Made by a program: the position numbers and the translations under genes. Shown here in pieces: positions 40,442 through 50,847 of a DNA stretch of 64,000 bases (the first letter of the stretch is position 1; each line of letters starts with the position of its first letter). The notes beneath the pieces were generated by a model, which was given only the letters and a program-made list of their open reading frames with translations, was not told where the DNA came from and did not search any database. The stretch comes from Patescibacteria group bacterium (lineage in GTDB: Bacteria; Patescibacteriota; Microgenomatia; UBA1400; UBA1449): NCBI GenBank assembly GCA_050942955.1, contig JBMNOG010000001.1, forward strand, positions 68,347 through 132,346. The letters are read 5' to 3'.

Positions 40442-43186
40442 ATGAAGCCTTCAAACCAGTACCATACACAAACTATTCCCCAAATCTATGATACGTTTTC
40501 GACAAGCGCTCGGGGTTTATCTGAAAAAGAAGCTCTTAACCGGTTAAAGACATTTGGACGCAACCGTCTACCTGATCCATCATCCCGTTCTCCTCTTCTT
40601 ATACTCCTATCCCAACTCAAAAATACAATGGTCTACATCTTGCTAACCGCCGCTGCGGTTTCGTACATCTATGAACACTACCTTGACGTATACGTCATAT
40701 TAGGGATTATTTTCCTTAACACTGTTCTTGGTTTCTTACAAGAGTTTAGGGCTGAAAAGTCGGTACAAGCACTTAAAAGCCTCATTGTGCAGAAAGCAAA
40801 AGTGTATCGAAACGGTAAGTTGACGTATGTAAGTGCTCACGAAATTACTCCGGGCGACGTCATTAGTCTAGAAGAAGGTGACCGGATCCCGGCCGATGGA
40901 CGCTTAATATCTGTAAAAAATTTTCAGACTATTGAAGCAACCCTAACCGGAGAATCACTACCTCTCAACAAACAGCTAAACGCGCTCGAAGCTGACACTC
41001 CACTAGCAGAGCAGGAAAATATGGTCTGGACAGGTACGAGTGTAGCGCGTGGAACAGCTACTGCTGTCGTTACTGCTACAGCAAGTAATACCATTCTTGG
41101 CCAAATTGCTAAAAATCTGCAAACGATTGAAGGTAAAAGTGATCATTTTGTAGTAAAGACAGATATCTTAGCCAAGCAGATGACTGCTATTGCTTTAATT
41201 ACTACTGTCTTTACATTTTTGGTAGGGTACTTCTGGCGTGGCTTTCCCTTTGAAGACGTTTTTATGTACACCATTGCTTCGCTTGTATCCGGTATTCCTG
41301 AAGGGTTACCAATTGTACTTACAATTGTACTTGCAATAGGCGCAAGAAGAATGGCTCAGAAGAATGCGATTGTGAGAAGGCTTTCTGCTACAGAAACACT
41401 TTCGGTAGTCGATACTATTGTTACTGATAAAACTGGCACGCTTACTCAAAACGTAATGACAGCAACAACTATCCAGCTCCCCTACCAGCCGCTAATGGAA
41501 GCCCACCACCAAGACGAGGAAGTTACCCTGACTCAGAGTGGCAAATCTCCTTCAAGCAAACACTATCCGTTGCAAAAACTTCTAGATATTGCTTCTGTCT
41601 GCCATAATGTCCGGCATGAGGTCCTTCCCGATGAGTCTGTTCAATTTCTTGGTGACCCGACTGAGATAGCAATTGTCACCTTAGCTGACAGAGCCCAAAA
41701 AACGCCATCATACATTTCGCAAAAACTAAGGCAAGTAGCTGACCTCACCTTCAGCCAGGACCACCGCTGGCGTGCTTCACTTATTGCCAATAAACAAGGT
41801 GAAAGGGAAGTTATTGTTATGGGTGCTCCGGAAACAGTTCTTAAGCAGTGTGGTCGCATCCTCATGCCCGACCACCGCGTTCATCAAATGACTAACCATA
41901 ATCTTCGTGATATTGGAAGACAGCTCCATACATTAGCTAATCAGGGAATCCGCTTGCTTGCTTTAGCTTATAGGCCGGTTGATAAGAGTACGAAAAACAT
42001 AGAGCACGAAGATGTTCACGATATGGTTTACGTCGGACTTATCGGGATTGTCGATCCACCTAGAAAAGAAGTTGCAGAAGCTATTCAAACCGCAAAACGC
42101 GCCGGAGTTACTACATACATGGCTACAGGTGACCACCCTGATACTGCTTTTGCTATAGCTAAAGAAATTGGATTAGTTGAAGGCAATGCCAAAAAGTCAG
42201 ATGTCATCACTGGTATGCAGCTTGAGAAAATGACTGACAATGAGATTATCAAAGCCCTTAAACATACCCGTGTTTTTGCAAGAATGACACCGGATGCAAA
42301 ACTAAGACTTGCTTCGATTCTCCAAAATGAAGGACGTATAGTAGCAATGACAGGAGATGGTGTCAATGATGCACCTGCTCTTAAGCAAGCACATATTGGT
42401 ATTTCAATGGGGAAAAATGGTACTGATGTAGCCCGTGAAGCTTCAGATATTGTCCTTTCTGATGATAACTATGCCTCAATTATCAATGCTATTGAAGAAG
42501 GCAGGACTCAGTTTCGTAATGTCCGACGCACCAGCTTTTTTTATGTTATCACTAACCTTGCTGAAAGTGTTTCTCTTATTGTCTTCTTAGTTGTCGGTCT
42601 ACCGATTCCTCTTTTACCCAAACAAATCCTCTGGCTTAATTTTGTAGTCAGTGGTTTATCAGATGTTGCTCTTGCTACTGAACCTATCCATGATGATGTC
42701 TTAAGTGAACCTCCTCGTCCATCTAATGAAAACATTCTCTATGGAAAAATTATCCCAAGAGTTGTAATGTTTACCACCTCAATGACAATCATCGGACTAG
42801 GAGTATTTTTACTTATGTCATCACAAAGTGTTGAAAAGGCGCGTACAGCCCTTTTCGTTTCCTTTAGTTTCATGCAACTTTTTAATTTGTTTATATTACG
42901 GTCACTCAAAAAATCTGTCTTTTCAATTGGTTTCTTCTCCAATAAGACAGTGAATATTTCTTTTGCTATTTCATTTTTCCTGATTCTTGTTGTATTGTAC
43001 CTACCGCCTATGAGTCTCCTGTTTGAGTTCACGGGCCTAAGTATAAAAGAATTTCTATGTATCTTTGCCATTTCTTCAAGCGTCTTTTTTATGGGAGAAG
43101 GTGTCAAGGTGTGGCAGAATAAAAACGTACAAAAGCGAGCAGGGAAAGTTCCAATTGCTGGTAAAAAAGTGCTGCAGTATGCCTAA
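40442..43186 (+). CDS. Cation-transporting P-type ATPase (type IIA, Ca2+-like)
   Basis: LTGES, IPEGLP, DKTGTLT, TGDH, MTGDGVNDAPAL, QILWLN. Confidence 0.95.
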   Translation: MKPSNQYHTQTIPQIYDTFSTSARGLSEKEALNRLKTFGRNRLPDPSSRSPLLILLSQLKNTMVYILLTAAAVSYIYEHYLDVYVILGIIFLNTVLGFLQEFRAEKSVQALKSLIVQKAKVYRNGKLTYVSAHEITPGDVISLEEGDRIPADGRLISVKNFQTIEATLTGESLPLNKQLNALEADTPLAEQENMVWTGTSVARGTATAVVTATASNTILGQIAKNLQTIEGKSDHFVVKTDILAKQMTAIALITTVFTFLVGYFWRGFPFEDVFMYTIASLVSGIPEGLPIVLTIVLAIGARRMAQKNAIVRRLSATETLSVVDTIVTDKTGTLTQNVMTATTIQLPYQPLMEAHHQDEEVTLTQSGKSPSSKHYPLQKLLDIASVCHNVRHEVLPDESVQFLGDPTEIAIVTLADRAQKTPSYISQKLRQVADLTFSQDHRWRASLIANKQGEREVIVMGAPETVLKQCGRILMPDHRVHQMTNHNLRDIGRQLHTLANQGIRLLALAYRPVDKSTKNIEHEDVHDMVYVGLIGIVDPPRKEVAEAIQTAKRAGVTTYMATGDHPDTAFAIAKEIGLVEGNAKKSDVITGMQLEKMTDNEIIKALKHTRVFARMTPDAKLRLASILQNEGRIVAMTGDGVNDAPALKQAHIGISMGKNGTDVAREASDIVLSDDNYASIINAIEEGRTQFRNVRRTSFFYVITNLAESVSLIVFLVVGLPIPLLPKQILWLNFVVSGLSDVALATEPIHDDVLSEPPRPSNENILYGKIIPRVVMFTTSMTIIGLGVFLLMSSQSVEKARTALFVSFSFMQLFNLFILRSLKKSVFSIGFFSNKTVNISFAISFFLILVVLYLPPMSLLFEFTGLSIKEFLCIFAISSSVFFMGEGVKVWQNKNVQKRAGKVPIAGKKVLQYA

Positions 43187-43234
43187 GTTACCCCTTACTA
43201 TTCGAACATAAAGTAGGTAGAATACAAACCCACT

Positions 43235-44245
43235 ATGAAACGCACCAAGATATTGGGTGTCGGAATAATTTTCATTTTTGCGCTAGCTATTTTTATAGCT
43301 TTAAGCAGTAAACTGTTCCCGGATTCTTCTTCCATTCTTACTCACGTAACAAAGGTTGCTTCAAGTGAGGAAATATCTCCTATGTTTATAGAAGTTCTCA
43401 GAGCTAGGGACTATCCAGCAAGTGAGATGATTATTGAAGAAACATTAGAGCCCGGCACTAATTACAACCGCTACGTTGCTTCATACCAATCGGATGGATT
43501 TAAGGTTTATGGTCTGCTAACTATACCAACTGCACCCAAGCCTGAAAACGGCTTCCCGACAATTATTTTTTTGCACGGGTACATTGCTCCAAGTAGGTAC
43601 GTGACCACTCAAGACTATGTTGCTTCCCAGGATGGATTGGCAAGAAATGGGTTTATCACCTTTAAACCTGACCTTCGCGGCCATGCTAAGTCTGAAGGTC
43701 AAGCAACAGGAGCCCATTTTTCCGAAACGTATGTTGTTGATACGATTAATGCGGTAGAAGCCTTGAAAATGTACGAACAAGTTGATCTTAGCAGAATCGG
43801 CGTTTGGGGACATTCAAACGGCGGAGAAATTGGCCTTCGTGCAATGGTAGTTTCAAAAGATATCAAAGCCGGCGTTTTCTGGGCAGGTGTGGTGGGTAGT
43901 TTTGAAGATATGCTTGAAACGTACAATGCCCAGATACCATTTATGCGAAGATCTCAGCCTGAGCTAATAACACAGTACGGCAGCCCAAGTGCAAATCCTG
44001 TTTTCTGGAATAGTATTGATCCGTATCACTACCTTGAAGATGTTTCAGGCCCAATCCAGCTCCATCACGGTACAGAGGATGAGCAGGTGCCTCACGAGCT
44101 CTCGTTAAGCTTGAAGACTGCTTTAAAACGAAATGGGAAAACCGTTGAGTACTATGAGTATGAAGGAGCTAACCACAACTTCTCAGGTACAGCATTTAGT
44201 CTGGCAGTTGAACGATCAGTCAATTTTTTTCGAAAATACCTGTAA
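43235..44245 (+). CDS. Secreted alpha/beta hydrolase (S9 peptidase-like)
   Basis: Signal/TM segment, HGY, GHSNGG nucleophile, HG.ED..V, H.F. Confidence 0.88.
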   Translation: MKRTKILGVGIIFIFALAIFIALSSKLFPDSSSILTHVTKVASSEEISPMFIEVLRARDYPASEMIIEETLEPGTNYNRYVASYQSDGFKVYGLLTIPTAPKPENGFPTIIFLHGYIAPSRYVTTQDYVASQDGLARNGFITFKPDLRGHAKSEGQATGAHFSETYVVDTINAVEALKMYEQVDLSRIGVWGHSNGGEIGLRAMVVSKDIKAGVFWAGVVGSFEDMLETYNAQIPFMRRSQPELITQYGSPSANPVFWNSIDPYHYLEDVSGPIQLHHGTEDEQVPHELSLSLKTALKRNGKTVEYYEYEGANHNFSGTAFSLAVERSVNFFRKYL

Positions 44246-44246
44246 C

Positions 44247-44654
44247 CTACTCCCCTTCTATGCTTCCTCTCCAAATCCAATGAGTGATATTAAAACTACC
44301 TTGTGCCAGCTTAATCGCTTTTTTAAGTTCATACTGACTGAGACCGTTATCAAATGATTCTTTTTCAGGAATGTTACCGGTATAGTATTTTTCCAAAATA
44401 GGAAGGGCTCGTTTGTCTCCTAGTTGTCCTAAGGCCCAAATAGCAGAGTTTCTGGTTCGAAAATCATTATCAGCATCTTCCAATGTTAAAGAAAGAGAGC
44501 TAATGCAGTCTTCTTGATACTTTGTTTGCGCTTTATCACACTCCCTTCTCACACTGTTACCTATAACAATAGAGCCAGCAATATAAAGACCAGCTAAACC
44601 AACTAGCCCAATACAAATGACAAGTGGAAGAATTTTTTTGATATTCATAGGCAA
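44247..44654 (-). CDS. Membrane-anchored HEAT-repeat protein
   Basis: TM helix plus RNSAIWALGQLGDKRALPIL. Confidence 0.75.
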   Translation of the reverse strand: MPMNIKKILPLVICIGLVGLAGLYIAGSIVIGNSVRRECDKAQTKYQEDCISSLSLTLEDADNDFRTRNSAIWALGQLGDKRALPILEKYYTGNIPEKESFDNGLSQYELKKAIKLAQGSFNITHWIWRGSIEGE

Positions 44655-44712
44655 AAATAAAGATTGGTAGTATGAAGATTATAGCAAGCAAATCTGAAAA
44701 TCTAATTAAACC

Positions 44713-46083
44713 TTAATTAAGGTAAAGCAGCTCTTCTTTTTCTGTTTGTCTAATACTAGATTTCTTAGTGTATGTGTTCCCTCGGAGTTTAACCCGGAAA
44801 TCACTTTGTTGTTTTTGTTTTTGCAGTAAGGTTAGAGAGGTTAATTCTTTCCTGATAGCTTCAGATTGTTCCCGAAGCCTCTGGTCAAACTGCAAGACTC
44901 TTTTATCTATTTGTAACGACTTTTGATTTAGACCAAGCAGACTAATCCCTGAAAGGCTGCGCACTCAGGAAAGAGCTACATATCCCATTCCCGGAAGGAA
45001 TGTTCTCCCTAAGTCAATCTTGGCTGCATCGAGTGAAAGCCCTTGACTCTTATGGATAGTGATTGCCCAAGCTAGCTGCAAAGGAATTTGTCTTACTTTT
45101 GCTATTACCTGTCCATCTTCCTCTGTTATCCACTCAGATGGAGTTATGGTAATCCGTTTCTCATTAAGTAATTCCACTACAGGGTATCCTTTTGAACTAA
45201 AACCTACTACTGCTCCCAAGGAGCCGTTAACATACCCTTTCTGGAAGTTGTTTTTTAAACACATTACCAAAGCCCCAACTTTTAGATGTAGTATCTCCGA
45301 CACTAAACAGTTCTTTTTTAAAGCATCAACCAAGTGAGGCAAACCCTTGCCTTCCATTCGGTATGAATGCGTTTTCCCTGGTAAAATTGCTAAAGCGGCA
45401 TCATTAATAAAAGTAACATTGGCATTGTGGGTATAAAGCTTAGTTGCTACAGACAAAGGTTTATGGATACGACTCGCTAACGTTTTAATAGATTCCTGAC
45501 TTACCTTTTGTTCTCGAATTTCTTCTAAAATATGTAAAAGCTCCGGGTCTGTCTGAAGGTACTCGCGCGCTAAGTAACAGAATTTAAGAGTAAGATCCTG
45601 CCAGCTTTTTGATTTGTAGATTAGCTCTGTTTTTCTGCCGTCGGTCACAACTGGAGGCAGTTGGAAAAAATCCCCTGCTAATACAACCTGCATTCCACCA
45701 AACGGCAAACTACTATCTTTGAAAACCTTACAGGTGCGGTCAACTAAATCCAGTGTCGCTGCTGAAAGCATCGTTGCTTCATCGATAATTAAAACTTTTG
45801 CCAAGTAAAAACGCCGCAAAAGGTAACGCCTGCGTTTTAAGTTTTTGATTTCTTTTAAAGACAAATCTTCTCTAATACCGATTCCTGCCCATGAGTTTAG
45901 CGTAATGCCGCTAAGGCGGGTTGCGGCAACACCGGTAGAAGCAGTTACTCCCACACCTATCCCTTTTGCCCTTAAGTATGAGATATACTCTGAAAGGACA
46001 TGGGTTTTACCTGTACCAGCTGCTCCGGTAAGGTAAACATTGTAGCCAAGTTTGAGAATATCCAAAGCTTCCTTTTGTGTCAT
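44713..46083 (-). pseudogene. PIF1-family SF1B helicase interrupted by an in-frame TGA
   Basis: GAAGTGKT, IIDEA, GDFFQLPPV, AITIHKSQG, YVALS*VRSLSG; TGA at 44965-44967 replaces the motif VI Arg and the frame continues to 44713. Confidence 0.85.
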
Positions 46084-46103
46084 ACCGCAACCCTCCTTTT
46101 TGC

Positions 46104-46601
46104 TTAGTTACTCCAGATCCAGCGGGTATGCTCCCGGCTGCCGCTGGAACAGAAAATACCCTCGTACTTCCGGCCGCCTTTACTTACACCTTTTTTCCTG
46201 TGTGCCGGTTTTCCGCAGACATCACATACCTCTTTTTCTTTTGCATTAGCATCTCCATCTCCGGTTTTAGCCGATACCGCTCTAACCATTTCATCAGCTG
46301 AAGCTACACTTTCCAAAAGGCCATATCCGGCAAATCCCAAAGCCCGACCAACCGCTGAGGTTTCGGCTACTTCGTAGGGATTATCGCGTTCAATCAGTCT
46401 GGGAGATTCGAGATTAACTGCACTAATACCGGTATAGGTTCTACCTTTGATCGTTACTGTAGCTTTCACTACTACCGGATCGTGGCTTAGAACTTCAGTC
46501 ACTACCCCTTCAATTTCCTTGCTTTCGTGTGCCAGCTCTAAACGCCTGGCAACAGTCATATAATCTTTACCGTGAATCTTCACTATTCCATTGTTTGTCA
46601 A
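46104..46601 (-). CDS. Rad52/Sak-like ssDNA annealing protein with a C-terminal Zn finger
   Basis: GKDY..V..R, VVVKATV.I....TG, AETSAVGRAL...G.G....AS.DEM; CDVCG...C......H; TTG start with GAGGGGG RBS. Confidence 0.65.
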   Translation of the reverse strand: MTNNGIVKIHGKDYMTVARRLELAHESKEIEGVVTEVLSHDPVVVKATVTIKGRTYTGISAVNLESPRLIERDNPYEVAETSAVGRALGFAGYGLLESVASADEMVRAVSAKTGDGDANAKEKEVCDVCGKPAHRKKGVSKGGRKYEGIFCSSGSREHTRWIWSN

Positions 46602-46822
46602 TTCTGTTCACCCCCTCTCAAACATCCCCTTTTCGTAATTCCTTTATGCACAGGTCATCTCAAAGCACCAGCGATACCGGTTTTGCAGGGGAAAATTGAC
46701 AGGCAGTTGGCTAAAGCTCTTTTCCGTTTCGAATTTTATTAGCCGCAGGAGACATGCGTTTTTGCTTGTTTCTCTCCTCTTTCTTCCCTGCGTTTTTGGG
46801 TTTTATTCGAAGATTTTGGACG

Positions 46823-46852
46823 ATTGTAACAGCATGAATTGCCGGGTGTCAA
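46823..46852 (-). promoter_or_regulatory. Sigma70 promoter for the Rad52-like/PIF1 operon
   Basis: TTGACA-18 bp-TACAAT with extended -10 TG. Confidence 0.65.
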
Positions 46853-46906
46853 CCGTAAAGCTAACAGGGGTAATTAGCTAATTTATGTTGATTTAACGAA
46901 ATAAAA

Positions 46907-48460
46907 CTATTTGGAATAAACTCCTAAAGGGTTAATGCCATTGGGATATGTGCCTGTAAAACACGCGCCACAGAACTGGCCCAACTCAAATATTTCTTCA
47001 TCGGTCAATCCTTGGGTATATCTATTTAAACTGGCTGTTACCAAATCTCGTACTGAAGTATATCTAAGGGAATCACAACCGATTTCATTTCTAATTTCTT
47101 CAAGATTACTATGACACCGGTGTGCAATTAACTCTCCATTAGTAGCAAAATCTACTCCCATAAAACAGGGACTACGCAGCTGCGGTGAACCGCTTCTTAA
47201 ATGAACCTCTGTTGCCCCGGCATCCCGGACTATAGCTACTGTAGTTCTCGAAGTATCTCCTCGTACTATTGAATCATCAATAACAACTACCTTACGCCCT
47301 GCTATCATTTCTTTAATTGGCATGTGTTTGATGTGCGCTTTTTGATACCTTTCATCAGGCAAAATAAAAACTCTACCCGCATAGATATTAGCAATTAGAG
47401 GAGTGGTGGTTCCTGAAAGCTCTACAATATGATTAGCAGCCTCTTCTTGTGAAAGCCCGAAAACTGAGGGATCTTCTAATAGTTGCTTAACCATTTCTGT
47501 GCGATACCCTTCGCCGTAAATGATACCTGAGTGCTGCACAGGTACAACGACATCAGGTAAAAATCCTTGGGCAATATCTTTTCTCGCCAGAGCTTTCCCA
47601 ATCTCCTGTCTTACGGCATAAACAGGTCTCTCAAAAATATGAGAGTTAGGATCACCAATATAGACATGTTCAAAAATACACCGGGCTACAGCAACCCTTT
47701 CTTTCCTAGGGTCAGTAAAGAAAGGGTGTATCCCTTCATCGTTAATCATTACTGCTTCTCCTGGCTCAATTTCACGAATGTATTCAATTCCAAAGTTTTG
47801 AAAAAAATTATCTTCTGAGGCCACGATTACACCAGCGTTACTTGGTAGTTTGCCTAGAATAAGAGGTCTAAAGCCCCAAGGATCACGCGAAGCAATCAGT
47901 TTGCGATGAGTGGATATAATAAAATTTGCTGCTCCTTCAACTTTTTCCAAAACATCTCTGATTTTATCTTCATCAGAATCCTGTTTACTTGAAAGCATTG
48001 CTTTAAAAACAATATCTGTATCACTTACTGCAGATTCTTGTAAATCCTGAGGAAGAGATGAGAGTAGCTCCATGGCATTAGTAATATTGCCATTGTGAAC
48101 CAGAGTTAGATTATTGGCATGTACTGGCTGCCAGGCATCCAGCTTGCCGGAAGTCGAGTAACGAGTCTGTCCAAGCACTATTTTGGGAGATTTTAGTTTT
48201 GCCAGTAACTCTCGGGTTTCGGGTTGGTTTACTAATCCTTCCCTTCTCTCATGTATTGTCTGTTCATACCGGTTCTCACCATAAATTCCAAAACCTTCCT
48301 GCCCCCTGTGCTGAAGAGCATACAAAGCAGCACCGAGAAAAATATTAGCTTTATTCTCCACTCCATCAAACATGTACATTCCCACAATGCCGCAATGATC
48401 CTTTGGGGTTTCTGAAAATTCTGGACCTTTACCAACACCAAGCTCACTCTCATGAAACAT
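46907..48460 (-). CDS. purF: Amidophosphoribosyltransferase (Fe-S, propeptide type)
   Basis: PKDH|CGIVG, QHRGQE, RYSTSG, HNGNI, CIFEHVY, DDSIVRGDT, PCFMGVD, CGACFTG. Confidence 0.92.
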   Translation of the reverse strand: MFHESELGVGKGPEFSETPKDHCGIVGMYMFDGVENKANIFLGAALYALQHRGQEGFGIYGENRYEQTIHERREGLVNQPETRELLAKLKSPKIVLGQTRYSTSGKLDAWQPVHANNLTLVHNGNITNAMELLSSLPQDLQESAVSDTDIVFKAMLSSKQDSDEDKIRDVLEKVEGAANFIISTHRKLIASRDPWGFRPLILGKLPSNAGVIVASEDNFFQNFGIEYIREIEPGEAVMINDEGIHPFFTDPRKERVAVARCIFEHVYIGDPNSHIFERPVYAVRQEIGKALARKDIAQGFLPDVVVPVQHSGIIYGEGYRTEMVKQLLEDPSVFGLSQEEAANHIVELSGTTTPLIANIYAGRVFILPDERYQKAHIKHMPIKEMIAGRKVVVIDDSIVRGDTSRTTVAIVRDAGATEVHLRSGSPQLRSPCFMGVDFATNGELIAHRCHSNLEEIRNEIGCDSLRYTSVRDLVTASLNRYTQGLTDEEIFELGQFCGACFTGTYPNGINPLGVYSK

Positions 48461-48603
48461 ATCCAAAAAATAGCAGAAAATGCTCTCCTTTGCAATCAAA
48501 ATCTTTCTTATATCCTAAGATTTATTCGAGGGTAAGTCCTCCCACTTTTCTTACTTTTTCTTTACGTTGGAAAAGCAATGAATGTGTTATACTCCAGTAA
48601 CCT

Positions 48604-49683
48604 ATGCATGAAAGGTTAATAAATCAACCTGAAATGCCACCTAACCCCGAAGAAACGTTTGTAGGAGTTCAGGGATACGAAATTACTACCAGTGGCTGGC
48701 TTTTTAACCCTGAGACTGCTTTTAAAGTTGCCCACACACTCAATGAAAACCGCCAGAAACAAGGAAAGGAGTTACTTAAACTCGAAGTCTATGCTACTCA
48801 AAGGCCAGCGTGGTTAGATCAATTAGCCAATATCAAAGGGCTTCATACACTAGAAGAGTATCTCCCTCCTCAAATCACTACTGAGCTCATTTATACCTAT
48901 CTCAAACAGTACCCCTTAGCACGTATTTCAGATGTCCACGCTGAGTTTAACTTTAGCAAGTGGGAACAATGGTTAAGGATACTTGGTGAAGACGTTTTTC
49001 CCAAACTTGTTAGCAGTACACCAACGGAAAGAATTACGCTTGGATTGAAAAACAAGATATACCAAGCTGCCTGGATTGCTTTCTTCGGACCGGCTTCTAA
49101 TAGAAGGAGTGTTGATTTAGCATCTGAACTAAACAGCGAGTATGGCGGTGTCGGACTTACTATGCACCCAAACATAGTTGAAGGTTTTGCAAGCAATGGG
49201 CAACTGGAAGATATTAAAAAACTTGTCTCACGCTTGTTGGCAGAAAATGAAAGGCCCTACAATCTATCCCCTCACCTGGAACGGGCAAAGGCTGTAGGAA
49301 GTAGCCCAAGGGATCTGTTATCCGACCCGGAAACGGTGAGCAATTTAGTTGTCCATTTTTATGGCCTCGATGGGATGGTGCTTGGAGCTGACCACCTAAC
49401 ACAAAGAGGAGAAAACCTAACAGTTCATTACCAAAAAACAGCAAATGCGGTTCGTAAAATCCATGTTTCCGGAAGCGAAGGCACAAGGGTGCATACGGCA
49501 GTAGCTGTTGGCAGTCTTCCGGTCGAAACACTGCTACAAACTGTAGCCCATACTGAACATCCAGGCAGACTTACGGTAGCCTTAGATTATAGTCCTTTTG
49601 AAATCGGAAAGCTACCTTTTGAAGATCAGCTTTCTATGGTGGAAAAGACAATCAATTGGATGGAGAGTATTTCTAGAGACTAG
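48604..49683 (+). CDS. Hypothetical protein (possible TIM-barrel fold)
   Basis: 359-aa ORF with TATACT just upstream; E/D/H..H pattern (AENE, ADH, IHVSG..H) weakly like xylose-isomerase-like barrels. Confidence 0.65.
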   Translation: MHERLINQPEMPPNPEETFVGVQGYEITTSGWLFNPETAFKVAHTLNENRQKQGKELLKLEVYATQRPAWLDQLANIKGLHTLEEYLPPQITTELIYTYLKQYPLARISDVHAEFNFSKWEQWLRILGEDVFPKLVSSTPTERITLGLKNKIYQAAWIAFFGPASNRRSVDLASELNSEYGGVGLTMHPNIVEGFASNGQLEDIKKLVSRLLAENERPYNLSPHLERAKAVGSSPRDLLSDPETVSNLVVHFYGLDGMVLGADHLTQRGENLTVHYQKTANAVRKIHVSGSEGTRVHTAVAVGSLPVETLLQTVAHTEHPGRLTVALDYSPFEIGKLPFEDQLSMVEKTINWMESISRD

Positions 49684-49734
49684 CTTTTTACTTTCATAGA
49701 AACAATCTTTTTTTGCTTGTACAATAGGATTACT

Positions 49735-50451
49735 ATGAAAACCAAACTAGCTATTCTTCAAAAAGTCCGCAGCTCTCTTAAGCAAAACACAGACGAAAAA
49801 ACCAAGACCAGCTTCCAACGGTTTTTTAAAGAAAAAGTAATGTACCATGGAGTGAAATCGGCGACAGTTGTTAAGCTTGCCAAAGAGTATTTTGAAGAGA
49901 TAAAATTCAAGCCTAAAAAGGAAATTTTTGAGTTGTGCGAAGATTTGTTTTCCTCCGGCTACTGTGAAGAATCCTGGATTGCCTCCAACTGGGCTCACTG
50001 GGTAAGCAAAGATTTTAAACAAGAAGATTTTAAGGTCTTTGAAAAATGGGTATATAGCTACATCAGTAACTGGGCAACCTGCGACACCTTTTGCAACCAC
50101 ACAGTCGGAACATTTATTGAGATGTATCCTAAGTTTTTGGAAAAACTTAAAGGCTGGACAAAATCAGATAACCGTTGGGTCAAGCGCGCTTCCGCTGTTT
50201 CCCTCATTATCCCCGCTAAAGAAGGTAAGTTTTTAAAAGATATTTTTGAAATTGCCGACAGCCTCTTACTTGACAGCGACGATATGGTGCAGAAAGGCTA
50301 CGGCTGGCTCCTTAAAGAAGCCTCAAGAAAACACCAACAGGAAGTCTTTAACTATGTGGTAAAGCACAAAGCCGTAATGCCCCGAACCGCCCTTCGCTAC
50401 GCTATTGAAAAAATGCCAGAGGATTTGAGAAAAAGGGCAATGGAGAGATAA
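49735..50451 (+). CDS. DNA alkylation repair protein (AlkD-like)
   Basis: NWATCD, W.KS.NRWVKRA, DDMVQKGYGWLLKE, MPRTALRYAIEK. Confidence 0.9.
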   Translation: MKTKLAILQKVRSSLKQNTDEKTKTSFQRFFKEKVMYHGVKSATVVKLAKEYFEEIKFKPKKEIFELCEDLFSSGYCEESWIASNWAHWVSKDFKQEDFKVFEKWVYSYISNWATCDTFCNHTVGTFIEMYPKFLEKLKGWTKSDNRWVKRASAVSLIIPAKEGKFLKDIFEIADSLLLDSDDMVQKGYGWLLKEASRKHQQEVFNYVVKHKAVMPRTALRYAIEKMPEDLRKRAMER

Positions 50452-50456
50452 TTTAC

Positions 50457-50810
50457 TCAAGCTTTCTTCTTATGCGGCTCTTCATACCCTTCTTTCGTCG
50501 CTCTCATTAGGATAGCCAGCTTCTTTTCATCAATATCTTCGGGAGCAAAGAATTTAAGGTGGCGCATGTACTCGCCTTTACCTTCAAGTTCGTCTTTATA
50601 CTTTTCCAGCATACTGTTAAACGCAAAGCCTAAATTAACGTGGTCTTTTAAACCAACCAGGTAAAACTTGCCTTCATACCAAGGCACCCCCATCTTCATT
50701 TCTTCGCTAATGCCAGGAATAGTTTTGAGAATAAGCTCCCGTAAGCTTTGCAAAATTTCTTTTTGCGGAGAAGAGTGTTTGGCAATGTATTCATCTACGG
50801 TTATGCCCAT
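50457..50810 (-). CDS. DUF1801 (YdhG-like) protein
   Basis: VDEYI......KEIL..LRELI....P..SEEMK.GVPWY, K.HVNLGF, LEG.G..MRH. Confidence 0.85.
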   Translation of the reverse strand: MGITVDEYIAKHSSPQKEILQSLRELILKTIPGISEEMKMGVPWYEGKFYLVGLKDHVNLGFAFNSMLEKYKDELEGKGEYMRHLKFFAPEDIDEKKLAILMRATKEGYEEPHKKKA

Positions 50811-50847
50811 ACTCAAATTCTAGCAAACTAGCAACAAAAAGGTACCA

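Noticed and set aside
44965-44967. UGA recoding (genetic code 25 or 4) or selenocysteine
   Set aside because: TGA ends several normal genes (25115, 50457, 50848, 53351, 59199), other genes have no internal TGA, and this position requires Arg.
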